NCBI GenBank assembly: GCA_000320545.1
Contig: ADNK01000096.1
Coordinates: forward strand, 124,001-188,000
Reading direction: 5' to 3'
Source of the DNA: Bigelowiella natans CCMP2755
Taxonomy: Eukaryota; Protista; Cercozoa
Length of the DNA: 64,000 nt
The notes under the pieces: generated by a model
What the model was told of the DNA's origin: nothing
What the model saw: only the letters and a program-made list of their open reading frames with translations
The model's database searches: none
Shown here: positions 35,488 through 49,757 of the stretch, piece after piece
How positions within the stretch are numbered: position 1 is the stretch's first letter
Layout of the letters: the number at the start of each line of letters is the position of its first letter
Program-made: the position numbers and the translations under genes

Positions 35488-37957
35488 ATGGCGGCTCGGA
35501 ACCGGGGCTGTCCCCCCGCGCCCTCGTTGCTGCTCGCTTTCGTGTTAGTTTCTTTGCCAAGCGACTGGATCCCGGTGTCCTTGACCTCTCCATTGTCATC
35601 TAGGGTGGCGAGGAGGAGGGTGCGCTGGCGGTGTAGGTGTTCCCAGCCGTTCTCATTCTCGAACGTCGTGCCACCTCCCTACCTGAGAGGGGGATGCGCA
35701 AATAATACGTCTTGTGTCCGCAACGGTGATATTTCGTCTAAGTACCTACCTCCAGTCTCCTCGTCGTCCTCCTCCTCCTCGTCTTCCAGCTCTCATGCAA
35801 AGAAGGAGTTGCTGCCTGGCGCAGAGGAGCAGCACATAGCCGCAGTCGGACTGGCGAACACAACCAAGAACTTCCTCACTGGGTAGTATAGCGAGGAGGA
35901 AATATTTCTCAATAAATTTGTATGGGTGAAAGATAGTAACAAGCTTGTCCGGACAAATTTTTTGAGTTGAAAAGAAATGCTGTTGGAGATGCTCTATCGT
36001 CCTTCTAACCACCCGTTGTGGCTATTTGAATCAGTACGGCGCAAATGATCGACAATTTTCTAGATAGCATTAAAAGCTACCGAAGAAGCGAATCCGTGAA
36101 TCAGCACGAATCGAACTTATTCACGGTAAATGTTTGCCACACCGAGAGTAAGAATTATTATATAAGAAAAACAAGCAAGTTTCCATGCTAGTGAAAAGTA
36201 AAAACGGACTAAAAGTGCATCATCGTGACCTTCATAGACTATTACAATTTTCAAAATGTCGTCCTCACAATTCCTGCCCAATATGGCAAGCGTCATGCAT
36301 TTTGGGAAGGGCCTTAGCCTGCCTTCATTGCCGGTGCTCCTCTTCCTCCTCCTTTATATACGATGTGCCCCTGCTCTTGCCCCCCAATTTTAGACGGAGC
36401 GTGCCAGGCGGTTGACAATTGGAGGGTTAAGAGATGTCATGAAGGAATGGCGGTCGAAACTAAGCCTTGGCCTGGAAGCTATCGAACAATTCAAAATTGT
36501 ACTTCCATTATTTATGTCTTACATTTATGTACTGATGTGGTAAAGAAGCACCAGGACTTTGCTAACCTCCTCTCACCCTTCTCAGTGCAACTATACGATC
36601 CCAGACCCATTGGCGACGGTCACAGCAGCGTTTGCTGCAGGTGGAGAAGTGAAGGAGCTACGGAAAAACATGTCCACCATAATGAGCACTGTGGACGTGT
36701 TACAGTCGTGCAGACATATACGCAAAGAGATGGAAGACCTCCTCGAAGTAAATAATATCAAATACGTAACCGTAAACTAAAGCACGCGTGCTGGTAACAG
36801 CACTTCCGTGCTTTCGTGCTTATGCTGATTTCTAATACATACTCAAGAAGAGGGAATGATGAAGATGATGATGATGATGACGATGAATGTGGTGGGTGGT
36901 AGTGGTAGCAGCAAATGAGCAGCGAGTTACGCGTTTGTCCCTAGAAAAGAAGGATGCCTAAGCTAGGAGAGCGCCGATTTTCAAAAAGAGAGAATATGTG
37001 CCATTGGGGATAAGATGCTACGACAACCACGATCACGTAGATACGTCCATGTGTGTTGATGAGAATTGTGCTGATTGTTGGGGGGGAGGGAAGATGACTT
37101 GGTTTCGGTTCCATGGCGATATTAAAGCTGCGGCCAACGCTTCGCTCAGTAAAGGAGACCCTATTTGCAAAGGTGTATTAGCTCGCCCCCATCAGCAGTA
37201 TCAGCAACAGTAGTTGGCGCAAACTCACTCGCACAGAATCGAATTCTTCTTCATTTTTACGAAATTGAGGGGGCAATGGGGAATCGGAATGGAGGAGGAT
37301 GAAGAAGAAGATGATGATGATAATGATTACCATGCATTGTGGGGAAGATGGAAACGGTGGGGGCGATATATTCTGCTGATGACATATACACTGGCGCAGG
37401 CAAGAGCGAAGAGATGAGCTGGCGTGCGGAGCTTGTAGGGATAAAGAGAGTGCAGGAACGTCTCGACGGGGAGCTTGGAACGAGTGATGAAATAATAGAC
37501 TTTTTTAAAAAATGAATGCACTGATGATGACCATACCCCTGATCATGATACCATACCAGAGATCGATCCTCTATGGGAGCTAGCGATAGAATCGTTAAAG
37601 TACATCATTTTGGTACTGCCACACACAGCAATAACCTGCACTCAACCCATGGAAATGCTGTAAAGACGCCTTCGGCGGCACACACAACTCTTTGTTTCTT
37701 CTCATTCAAATTGTCGCCGTTGGGTGATTTTGAGTTCTCTTGAACATGCCCGTCCTCGCCCCTCCCTCCTCTTTCCTCTCCCCCTCTCCTCCTTGTCTTT
37801 TTTGGCAGGCCCTTTACGATATTGAAAAAACCAGTGGGTTCTACGAATCTCTCCCGTCAGTACCTCGTAGCAGCAGGAACACCAACAACGACGACGACGA
37901 CGACGACGCTGACCTCAACGACACACAAGCCTTTGCGCATAACCATTTGACACTGAT

Positions 37958-37998
<41 letters not shown>

Positions 37999-38074
37999 CC
38001 TCATTTTGAGTAATGCCACAGGGCAAGCATCGCCCTCCATAGTATGGTTGTAAGATGTGAAGCCCTTCCTTGCC

Positions 38075-38125
<51 letters not shown>

Positions 38126-38446
38126 AACACGCCCGTGTACTGCGCAAAACTCAGGGGTGCGTTTGAGAAAAATGCAGGGCAGTGGGATGACAGCGGCCGC
38201 AGTCTCCGTGTGGCGGAGGAGCGGCGATATTCTCACACGTCCTTCTATAAACTCACGTGCATATTCGAGCAATCAAGAGTCCTCTATTGTATAAAGAGGG
38301 CAAAAGCTCAAGGTGGTAGTTGTTCGGGGAGGGGGGGAGATAAAGGGCTGTTGATGGTGGTAGCGGGGAAATGGTGATGGTAATGATGTTTGGTCCCTAT
38401 GATGACTGATAGGCTTATGATTAGAGTGATGGGAAAGAAAAGACAG

Positions 38447-38495
<49 letters not shown>

Positions 38496-38694
38496 AGTTC
38501 AATGCGTGAAGAGACAAACAGAAAATTGAACATATGCTGATGGGGAAAACACCAAGACTTACAATCTTCTCCTCGCTCCCCTCCCCACCAAAGCTGCTCC
38601 CACTGTTCCCCCACGACTCCTCATGTTTTGCGGCAGTTTGATAAGCATCGCCCACCTGCGCACATAGATTCTCGAGAGTCCATCCCACCATCGT

Positions 38695-38725
<31 letters not shown>

Positions 38726-39407
38726 ACCACGCATTGTCATCAGATGTACGATGTTGATTTCAGGCTTAAAGATGCTCGTGCTGGGGAGTACTATCGGATG
38801 GGTGGCGTTGCTATTTCCATTAGCGTACCGCATGCAAACGGTCGCATACGAGCCAGTTTCTTTCCTGGTAATGCGGTGATGTACAACCCCCTCCCCCCCC
38901 CTCCCACCTCCCCCCCTTGCTATTCTGCTGTATCCTGGTCCTCTACTACTTTAGAAGGTGGCTATGCTGATTGACTTTTATACCTGAGAATGAAATACAT
39001 CTAGATGACGTATGCAAAAAGAGTCTACTACCGGGAAGTAGTGGGGAGGGGGCTCAAGGCCAACATCACTTTCCTGGAGCAGGTGTTTGCTGATAGAGTC
39101 GATGATGGTGGTGGTGGTGCGCTGATGCGGAGACACGCATTTTATTACAACTTCGTGTTAGCTGCGTTCATGCAAACTCACAGATAACACCGCAGGATCC
39201 TTCCATGGCTTCATTCGAGGGTGTCGGTGTCGTCTACATCGATTGCATCGGATACAAAGGGTAGTAGGGCAATAAGCAGCATATGTGGCGGTGGTGGTGG
39301 GCGATGATAGCAAACAAAGGGGTTGGTGAAGAGGTCAATCAAATCATTCTTTACTGCTCCTCCTGCGGGCACTACTACATTTAGTGATTTAAAAAGAAAT
39401 GAATGAA

Positions 39408-39438
<31 letters not shown>

Positions 39439-39681
39439 AGGGCTATTTTGTGTCCGTCGATCATATAATATATAATATATTTGTTTTTATTTTCTGGTAG
39501 AGATTTACGAACCAAGATCTATGTAAGGCTGTTGTGTGATTTGCCCATTGGCTCGATCGTGGTCGACGACACCAGCTTCCTCGCGTCGTTCCCCGCGCAG
39601 TTCAAGCTCATATCCGAAGTCAAATGGAGCGTTCGCGAAACAATGTTAGTCCACACAACATTCACGAATGTATTAATATGT

Positions 39682-39732
<51 letters not shown>

Positions 39733-39968
39733 AACACACACATATAAATATTTATAAAGATATACATGTACATGTCTAATTACTTTTCCACTGTAACGAA
39801 CGCGTGTCTTTCAGGTTTGTTTATGAGAAAACGAATCGGTGCATGACAAGCCCGAAGTCGCTCTTCGACGCATTGGTCAACAGAGAGCAGCAACTTGTTA
39901 AAGCTCAGGAAAGACGCAGCCGCTCCGGGGGCGGTGACGACATCGGGTTTGATGATGTGGAAGACTGA
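35488..39968 (+). CDS. Class I SAM-dependent methyltransferase-fold protein (DOT1-like C-terminal half) with bipartite-type N-terminal leader
   Basis: Signal-like SLLLAFVLVSLP, then an R/S-rich segment ending YLRGG; spliced LKMLVLGSTIGW...TVAYE...ITFLEQ|D...VVYIDCIGY...DLPIGSIVV; exon structure only partly resolved. Confidence 0.55.
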
Positions 39969-41177
39969 TAGAAGTGGTAACGTTGTCCATCAGTACCTTA
40001 GCTCTTCCTGCATAGACAGGGCGAGCAACAAAATAAACACGCAATAAAGTGGAGTGTACGCATATGCGCAGTGAACGTTTTGGTAAAGCTAAACCTGTAG
40101 TGAGAATGAGGACAACACAGAGGGATGAAGCATCTTTGGATTTCAAACCATCAACAATCAATCGGCTAGATGAATTATATGAGACATCATATTAATTATC
40201 ACAGCGTATGTGAGAGCTGATATCATCAGCATTGCTAGCCAGCTATGGATCGAACATGAGATCGCATCATGAGTGATGCTAAATGTCACTTGTACGAAAA
40301 ACGTTGATTGGCCGTATCACAGCGCAGTGCTGTAGTTCTAAGTGATTCTTCGCGTAGACTTGAACACCACGCACACGTACAGCTTTCGCTTGCGTGATGT
40401 AAATCCAATGACAGAAACGTGACAACGAATTATCATTGTCATTATTATTGCGTACATGCAAGCCATGCCGTTTAGGCATGAACACATGGACATATGAAAC
40501 TCTTGCTTGACATCGGTGTGTGATGACAATGGTCGACACGATTAGCTAGCACAGTCGAGCACAGTCTTACATGCATTGTGGGCTTTTGGATTACTGTACA
40601 CAATTCGTGCCTGCACAGCACGCATAGCTGCTCTGCATAGCTACATACCAGGATGACCATTGGAAAAATTTTAACATTTCATTACATCCATCTCATAGCA
40701 TGCATACATCTTAATGCATCGCACTATTTGTAAAAGTGAATAACACGCTGTGCAGAGCAAGCGCCATTGATTTGTTGGTTTGTACGCGCATGCACGTGAT
40801 CATGCCCGCGAAGTATTAAAATTTTAAGTCATGTAGCTACTGATGATATTTAAATTACAGATTGCATTGTTTTTTTTAATCTTCTTTTAGGCTACACGAA
40901 AGTTCTAGAACGACCGTAGTAGTCAATATGTAATTAGCACGGCTCGACCAAGCCCTCAAACTTCCACTGAGAATTTGGGAAAACCTCTCGGTCTCTGCCA
41001 TACACGTGCTCTCCTGTCGATTTTAATCTGTTCCCTAATACTTTCGATAAGTCGTGGTCCAATTATTTTTCGTCTTAATCGTGGTCATAACGACGACACC
41101 CACAGGGTTTCAAGGCGGCCGCATTTAGATTGGAGACGGGAAACGAACATGTGCTGCTGCCTGTATGAATGTACTCT

Positions 41178-42248
41178 TCATTCCTTTCTCGCAACGTAGC
41201 ACCAATGGAATTCGTTGCTTTGCTGTTCTATTTTTCCTGATGAGATCGACGGCTTCGGAACGCTGACGGGTTTTTGCACTTCCCAGTTGAAGCCTTTAGA
41301 CTGAAAGTAGCTTTCTCTGGTATCCGGTTCCCCGAATGACACGCACAGATAAGCACCTCCGGACTTCAATACACGCGACACTTCGCCCATGGAAATCCCA
41401 ATGTCTTCTTCGCCTAAGAACACAATATTCAACAACCGATTGTGCTGGACACCTCGCACTATTCAGATACTGATGCGTCGCGCTTTCAATCAATACCGTC
41501 ATCGCCGCAAAGAAGGCAATCCGTGAGCCCTTTGTCAACGACAACATCGAACGTGCTGTCCTTGAAATCCATGTTCTTTGCATCCATCCTGCAACCGGTT
41601 GAGAGAAAGAAGAGAGACAGAGAGAGAGAGTTAGTATTTCTACCACTAAGACTCGGTTTTAAGTGACCACCTGATGTATTGCATCCCCTTTTTCTTCCTG
41701 TACTTTGTGCGCATGTCTCCTATCACGACCTGTGAATGCACGCAGTATAGATTATGGGTTTGAGGAGGAGGAGGAGGAAGAGGAAGAGGAAGAGGAGGAG
41801 GAGGAGGAGGAGAAACCTGCGATATCATGGGAGTGTTGTTTCGTCACTATCTACAAAGTTACCTGCGAAATATCAATGCTAGTAACGTCTGTAGTAGCGT
41901 CATCGAAGATTTCAGAACTTAGCCTGGAGTTCCCACACCCAATTACTAAGACTTTGGAGTCTTGCGTGATCAGTGGCTTCAATATATGCTTAATTCCTGG
42001 AGAGGAGTAGAAACACATCAGCTGGTGAGGAGGGTGCTGCAGCAACCAGAAACTGTGATTTTAATAAATAAAGAACAAAATCGTGTTTGCCTACCAAGCA
42101 GCTACTAGGATGTGGACTGCTATTGTATTTGTGTGCTTCCATATTATAAAAATATCTTACCACGGTAGCTCTGAAACCACTCGAACGGTTCCTTCTCCTT
42201 AGAATAACGCGCATCCCAGTAACTTGCCTTCGAGTAGTTTTGGCTCAT
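41178..42248 (-). CDS. EEF1AKMT4/METTL13-like lysine methyltransferase
   Basis: YSKASYWDARY...PFEW; VLVIGCGNSRLS; IDIS; FDVVVDKGLTDCLLCG; RVLKSGGAYLCVSFGEP. Confidence 0.88.
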
Positions 42249-42741
42249 CTAATGACGATTTACTTTGGCACACAGGGGATTCAGTCAGGAGGCGACGTTG
42301 GATTAGCCTGATTCGTTTCTCACAGTAAGGAAGGATGATCCTACTCGTTACCACTTCACTCACTGCTTCTATCTGTACTTTCTTATCTTATTATCCCTTC
42401 CTCCGCTCTCAGACGTATAAATGGGCAATACCTTGTTGCTGGCAACAATGAACCCGCCTGCTCTTTCCCTATCGCCTGGAGCCTCAGATGAAGTCGGAAG
42501 TGCAGGCCTGCCCAGCAGATGTTCGGTTTCGGTTTCGGCTTGGCGGGGGAGAAATGAGCTGGGGGAAGCAACGCCTTTTAAAACCACCTTCCGTTTTTTC
42601 CCTACGACATCATTTTCTCGATCGATTCTACGTATTCTTAGGCCAAATTCAACCGCCAAAATATGGTGGTGGTTCCACATCTACGACAACGTATTAGGCA
42701 GTATTTTTTTTTCCGAATACTGGTAATAGGATAAGACTCGA

Positions 42742-43076
42742 ATGGAGTACGAATGGAAGAAGCGAAGGGGCACGTGACGGCGAGAGCGGAAGGTGTAGTC
42801 GTCATCATCAAGGTCCAAAATATAGAACCACACACATCAAAAAGGCTACGAGGCCGTTTTTCCTCCATTAGAAGACCGAAATCACTCCTTTAGGCATCCT
42901 TGGAGAAAGGCGAAGCGACACGGTTTTCTGTGGCGATCTCAGGTCGAAACAATCCTGTCTTTTCTTGTAAGACTGCACCCGCTGCAACATTTTACACTCG
43001 CAGAAAAAGTCGATGTGATCGTAAAACGGATTCTAAAGGAACTGAAACTTGAGGTATAGGAAGAATATCTACAGAC

Positions 43077-43119
<43 letters not shown>

Positions 43120-44755
43120 CGTACTTGCATTCATCAGCGCTGTGAAATCAAAGCCTCGCCAACTCACTAAATCACTCACTCATTCACCCACTCACTCACA
43201 TAGAGTGTAGATGAGCAAATGCCAAAATTGGTATTGCAATATTCGAGCTCTTCGGGCCAAAGGTGGCCATTTCGAACTGAGGATGACTTCAGGGTAGTCT
43301 TCTCGTGGTCTTCTATGATTGAAAATTGTCTTAATTTTGTTTTTTATTTTGAACAGAAAGCGATCGATGACTCAGAGGTACTATAATGTTATACATTCCA
43401 GATAAAATGGAAAGATTCAGTAGTTGATAAGATTAATAATCCCACATGGCGTTGTCTTCTTGCAAATGATCTAGCCATCGTTTTACTATGTTCAGAAATT
43501 TACACACCTTGGTGACAACAAGTATCACAAGGCGATTCGTTTAATTTTCACTGCTGCAGCCTCGTCGGCTCCTCTTGCTATCCCGATAGAGGTGTGTTTT
43601 TAGGTGAATACGTGTGATGTGCAGCAGATTTGTCACCATCCTACTTTTCAGAGCTCCGAATTGAGCGAATGCCTGATGAAGGGAGACTGCAGCTCTAAGC
43701 TGGCGAGAAAAAGAGTTTGTTTCTTTTTTTTACGATTAAAGTGACACCAAGGATTCACATGGGAGAAATCAGATTGATGCGTGGCTGGCCGCTGCTTCAT
43801 CCAATGGCTGCAAATTCGATCCAAACACAAGGTGTTCGACTTTTTCAACCTAAGGAAAAATGGAACCTAAATTGATCCTTAATTTACAAATAGACATGGA
43901 GGAAAGAATTGGACGCTACTTCATATGGCTGTGGTCGCTGATGATGGGTATGGCTGACTGACTCCTTTTTATGTGCGGGCTAGAAACAATTGATGGAACT
44001 TTACATATATTTATTAATGGTCACAAACATTTTACATTTTATCATTTGTGGACCAGAGATCTGGTATCGCGCATACTTCAGGTAGCTACTCTCTTATTTA
44101 TAACTGCCTGCCTCGTATTCTGTTGTACATCCGAACTCGCTGAATCATTTTCTGGAATGAATTAAATCAGGTGAAGGGCTTCGATGCCAACGCACATGAT
44201 AAGTAAGTATACTATCGCCCATCTGCCGATATCTAATTGTAAACGCAACATTTGATGATTATATTCAGGGACGGCTATGCCCCAATTCATCTCGCAGCAT
44301 CGCTGGGCAACGCAACATGTCTCGATCAGCTTCTCAAGTGCTCTGGCGTGGACAGGGACGCCAAGGTAACACTATGTTGCCCTTATTTGGCAGAAATCGC
44401 TATGTTTTTTGTGGGTACAGCTTTGATGAAGACCCATCGCTGCTTAACACTATCTCTATTCTTAATTGTTTTTACCATTGCTTCGTCCGATTGACAATAT
44501 AGGTGTCTTTCACCAATAGCTCCAGGCTAGTGTCTATATCAACCAAAGGCCAGGTTATTTACCGCATTCCTTGGTTTCATGAGTAGTCTCACTCGCACAT
44601 TAATCATCGACACAAAAATTGTTTTGTATTGGGATTTTCCGCGTGAACAGACAGCTCTGGATCTAGCGAAGGAGGCTAGAAACTCGAAATGTGAAGCACT
44701 CCTCATTCGACATCAGGGGGAAAGTAAAAACCTTGCTTTGGCCGATGATACTTAA
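42742..44755 (+). CDS. Ankyrin repeat protein (start uncertain)
   Basis: WTLLHMAVVAD, DGYAPIHLAASLGNATCLDQLL, TALDLAKEARNSKCEALL. Confidence 0.65.
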
Positions 44756-44852
44756 GACGGCGAACAGCAAAGGAGAATAGCACGCGATGATGTATCCTAT
44801 CCACGCTCATGTTTTAAACAGTATTTAACACGTGCAAATATATGCGCATATA

Positions 44853-44893
<41 letters not shown>

Positions 44894-45413
44894 GTACATA
44901 CATACATATGTTGCATGGCGCGTGCGAGGAATACAGCGGCACGACGACTAGATAATAATCTAGCTGAAGGTTTTGGTACAATTTAATTTTACGTTGCCAT
45001 TATTGAACATTGTTATAAAAGCTAGCGCAGCATTTTCGATACGATATCGGCAGTCTATCACAAAAAAGCAACGAAGTATAGCCAGGAAGCGGGCCTATGA
45101 ATTATTGATGGTATACTCTAGATACTACAAAGTGCAATTTAGATAAGCCGATATAAAGCTACATGTGCAAGTTAAATATAATGTACACACATATACGTAT
45201 GATTCATGAACATTTTCGCAACAACATTACAAATCCGAGCGCATGTAAAATAGATTGCTACGCTACACACTATGTGTCATCAGCCGCTTGCAAGCCATGC
45301 GTATTCGAATAGGATATATGTGCATATATCATGCAAGTACTAACACCTCAATTGAAACAAGGTGAGTATTTGTGCAAGATTTTTTGCTTGTTCTTTTTAA
45401 AATACGATTGCAT

Positions 45414-46158
45414 TCATACTTCATTACTTCGAGGGTAGGTTCTGCACGGAATTTCAAACATCTTCCATGGAGACAGTTTATCTCTTTTCATTGCTGTCTG
45501 CATCTTATTTTCTCTTCGGTCTATCTCTGTGCATTTCTTCTTTGCCTTCTTAACCAGAGTTTTAGCCTCAAATTCTCTTCTTGTTTTATCCTGCGTGCAA
45601 GCAAAACACTAATTTATCGTTGCATTTGAAATTATCACAACAACGCCATCCTGGTATCTATCTTATAACGGGAACATCCGCAAATGAAATACCTCTCTCG
45701 CTGCACTTTAGACATCATCTGGCAAGCCTCATTTCGAACTTGCGCGAATATTGTGTTAACCTACCACAGCATTCTTGTTTGAGGTGGAAATTGTGATTCA
45801 TACATCAAATCTACCTGTGAACTCAGTTGTACAAACGTCGCTTTCCATACGGCGACTTTGGTCTCCTTTGATCGCAAGACAAAATCCTCTGTTACAAATT
45901 GCCACCGAGCCAAAACTCGTGGCCGCCTGATCGGAATTGGAGTCAGTGTTTTTTGTCGGGTGGAGGACGACAGTCTTTAGTTGACCGAACGTACCACTGG
46001 TCATTCCTCTCGCTTTCTGTTCTAAAGCGTTTGCAGACAGGAGCAAGATTCTTGCAAAGGTCTCGAGACGAGAGATAGTTCATCACTAGCTGCCACACTC
46101 CCGAGGGAATGTCCTTCATCATTTCATGGGCGCTGGAATGACCATCATGTCGCTGCAT
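45414..46158 (-). CDS. F-box protein (3' exons uncertain)
   Basis: IPSGVWQLVMNYLSSRDLCKNLAPVCKRFR...W F-box motif. Confidence 0.65.
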
Positions 46159-46605
46159 TTCTGCTGAGACTAGTGGTGTAGTTTTTATCGCCCAGGTTGT
46201 TCCACCACCATTTGTTCTCCTGCCGTTACGTTAAAACCTCGACAATTTCTTAACTGGATCGAAGAGCGCACGAGACGAGGAGAGAGGGCGTGCGAGATCC
46301 GCAAAGAGCGAAAAAGCAGGATGTTTTCCGGGTAAGACTTCTACATGGTGTTGGCAATAAAACGGACAACGCCACGAACACGCGAACGTTCCTGTAAAAT
46401 TCCGGCCAGCTTCTCACAGCGCAGCGTCTGGCTGTGTTTTCGACAAATGGTTTGGGATTTTAAAACTGCGACAACGGAAAAGTACCTAATTTTATGGGAG
46501 AAGTAGAGCACATCCAAACTTTCTCCGGAGCCCAAGCACAAAATCCAAACATAATAACACCCCACGAAGGAGGAGGAGACCAACAAGAAGAGAAAGACAA
46601 AAGCA

Positions 46606-46906
46606 ATGCCCAAGCAACAGAAGAAGAAGCATTCCGCCGGAGCTAGCCCGAAGATTGTTCGCTTCAAAGTGAGCAAGAATAAAAGCTTCGAAATTATGGT
46701 ACGTTGAACCCATTTCAAAGAAGGGACGCAAACATTTGAAAATGTTACCTTTGTGTGCATGCATGCAGGTCAACCCCGGTACCGTGGCAACTTTCAGGCA
46801 AGACAGATCTTCTCTCTCAGATGTACTTCTCGTAGAAACTGTATTCAAGAACGCCCGCAAGGCAGTTCCGGTGAGATACAAAGCACATGTTGACACGTCC
46901 CCCCTC

Positions 46907-46949
<43 letters not shown>

Positions 46950-48353
46950 AACCCCCCACCCCCCTATGCCTCACTCTCTCTCAACTATTTTTCTCATAGG
47001 CTACCTCTGACGAGCTATTCGAGGCCTTTGGCTGTACAGATGTGAGGAAGGTCGATAATTTCCCATAGAAGGGATAAAGAATGTCACATTAATCAGAGAG
47101 GAAAGTGAATATTTCTTCCCCACACTTATCCTTAGTGCAGTCGTAGAGAGGATCCTTTCTGAGTGTACAATATGTTTGCAATGCGTTAGCATCTGAACTA
47201 TGGTGACGAAATCTTAGATTGCGGAAAGAATACTGTCAAAGGGTGACGCGCAAACGAGCTCATCAGAACGCAAGAAGGGCATGGAGGCTAAAAAACGCAA
47301 CATCGCCGATTTCATCAACAAGAATTACGCAGATGCGCGTACTGGTCTCCCCATTCCTCTGAACAGAATCCTTTCAGTCTTGGTAATGACGTAAAATCAC
47401 CCCAGGGAGCGGCAGAATAACATTGGTATCTCTTGCATTCCCCTTCAGGAGAAACAGCGAGTTACCGCAGACTGCGATCTGGTACTGGAGGCCCGCCGAA
47501 TCGTGGATGAAGCCAAGAAGAAGGTACTTAGTCTTAGTAAGATTTGTATAAAATCAATTCTAGCTGCAGTCACTGCCCTGCCTTCCGCTGGGCATCGACG
47601 ATAGCTTGGCCGCGACACCTGACCTTCTTAAATCTTGAACAGGGAGAGCTTTCGGTGAAACGCAAAGAGACCGTGATGACACTCTCTCTGCCTGCGAAAT
47701 TCAAACGAGAAGCATCGGTCTTGTTCGAAAGGTGAGAAATAAGGAAATCATTCCAAGTTGGAAAAATACTACCTCCGCATACTAACTAGTTCTAAAATGG
47801 CCATGATATTTCCCTCATGCTTACGGATCATGTCATTCTCCAGGCGATGCAGTGTATTATCTCGCACAGTTAATGGTTCTCAAGTGGTATTTGAGCTTGG
47901 CTATCTTGCTGGAGAATTAGACTCCATAATTGCATCAGCGGAAAAGGTAATACTCACGTGAGCATTTTTTGTTCGTCATCATCTATCATCATCCATTACC
48001 ACCACCACCAACAACATCCAAATTAACACCATTGTGATCTCCCCATCATCAACGTTGCTACTACCAGCTAACCAGAGGTGCGGTATCTCTGGGGTCGGAC
48101 GGTGCCGCAAAGAGAAACAGCAACGAGGAGAAGCAAGACAAATCAAGAAATAAGGCTGCGAAGCAGACGAAGCGCCGATCAGCCGTCAATCGCACGAAGG
48201 GCAGAGGAGGTGGAGGAAAAGGAGGAGATGGCGTTGCTGATATTGGGGGTAACATTATTAACCGAATAGATATGAACTTAGGATCTTAACATCTCACGTC
48301 AGCTAGCATCTAATGTGTGAAAAACGACTTCCGACCGCTGTACCTTCCCAATT

Positions 48354-48393
<40 letters not shown>

Positions 48394-48788
48394 GGCACTT
48401 CTCTCTGAAATTGTGTGCAACGGCGACGATACCATTTTCGAATATATTTTCAGCTAAAACATCGTCAGCAAAGAAGGATAAGAAGAAAAAGCGTGGCGGT
48501 AGTAATCGTCGTGTAGGGGGTGGTAAGAAGTCATACTGAAGGAAGTTTCCGCCAAAGGCATCATTATTAAAAAGCCATCTCTGGCAGCGATCTCAATCAT
48601 CAGCGTCGTTCCAAGCAGAGGTGGGGGTTTTTGTACTTGCTTTTTTTCTGCCGTACCCCAAGGGTCTGCCCCTTTTCCCTCCTTCATCTGAATGTTTGTG
48701 CCACTCTCCCAGCAGGCGACGGGAGCAGCGCACCATCCATCACAGCCCGTAGTCCGCAGGATAGAATAGAGGCTCAAGAGGGAAATGA
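46606..48788 (+). CDS. SBDS/Sdo1-family ribosome maturation protein with basic Gly/Lys-rich tail (3' end approximate)
   Basis: IVRFKVSKNKSFEI, DVLLVETVFKNARK, DELFEAFG, ILSKGDAQTSSSERK, IADFINKNYADARTGLPIP. Confidence 0.8.
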
Positions 48789-49757
48789 ATGGCTTCTGGA
48801 AACGAAAAGAGGTAGATTTGCCCTCTTTGGTTGCCTTCTCCCAATTATTTCTTGTTTTTGTTTTGTAAAAGTATTGGTTCAAGCTATAACTTCCAAAAAT
48901 TTTTCGTTTTGACCATGTCTGCCCAATATTGCTGTAACAATACGACCAATCTATGTTGAAGGCCCGAGGACCTGATACTTTCGTCTCGAGAGATCGCCTT
49001 ATCAAAATTCGGACTACCGAGTAGAAGGGGGAGGGCACTTGATCAAGAATTGTACTTACGGCCATCTAAAAGTCTGCACACGTCACAGCTTATCAGCTTG
49101 ATGATTTCTAGTTAAAACTCAAAATCCTCTGCTTGAGTCATTATGCTTTACGAGATCCGTAATTTGCGAGATCCACACTTTCTCTCGTCCACTGGATACG
49201 TACTTAGTGAGAAAGATGTAGCGTAAATTAGGTTGGACAGAATTGTCGCAAATTATGCACGCACACGCAGACATGTATCACATCTCATAAATGCTCCACT
49301 TATACGAAAACTACCGTGCATGTGTGTCCGTATATTATACCTTGGAAATTTTATGAGACCGATATAATGTTTGAATTAAATTTTATCAATTCATGCATAA
49401 CAGTATGTCTAGAAATATGAAAAGGCTTGTGTACGATACGCCCGAGCGCAGTCGCAGTAGCGTGCGATATTAGTGGTGTACAAAGCGAGCCACTCGAGCT
49501 TATGCTTATGAGGCAAAATCATGACATTTATAATGAACATAGCTATGTAAATTGACACATCGCAAATACGTGTATGTTCATATAGGCAGCGCATTAGATG
49601 CCAATGTGGTGGCAAAGGACGCCAGACTATCTACAAGCTAGGAAGCTTGCATACTCACTACAGTCATATTCGATCTGCTCGTGCGATAATGTGATCTTTC
49701 ATTGCTATTAAATACATTATTGTTCTGACACTTCTCTACAATAGACAGTTTTGACGT

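Noticed and set aside
45943-46158. F-box ORF truncated by a stop (pseudogene)
   Set aside because: Stop probably lies in an intron (GT donor after the ..NDQW codons; a downstream frame continues ..VWKATF)
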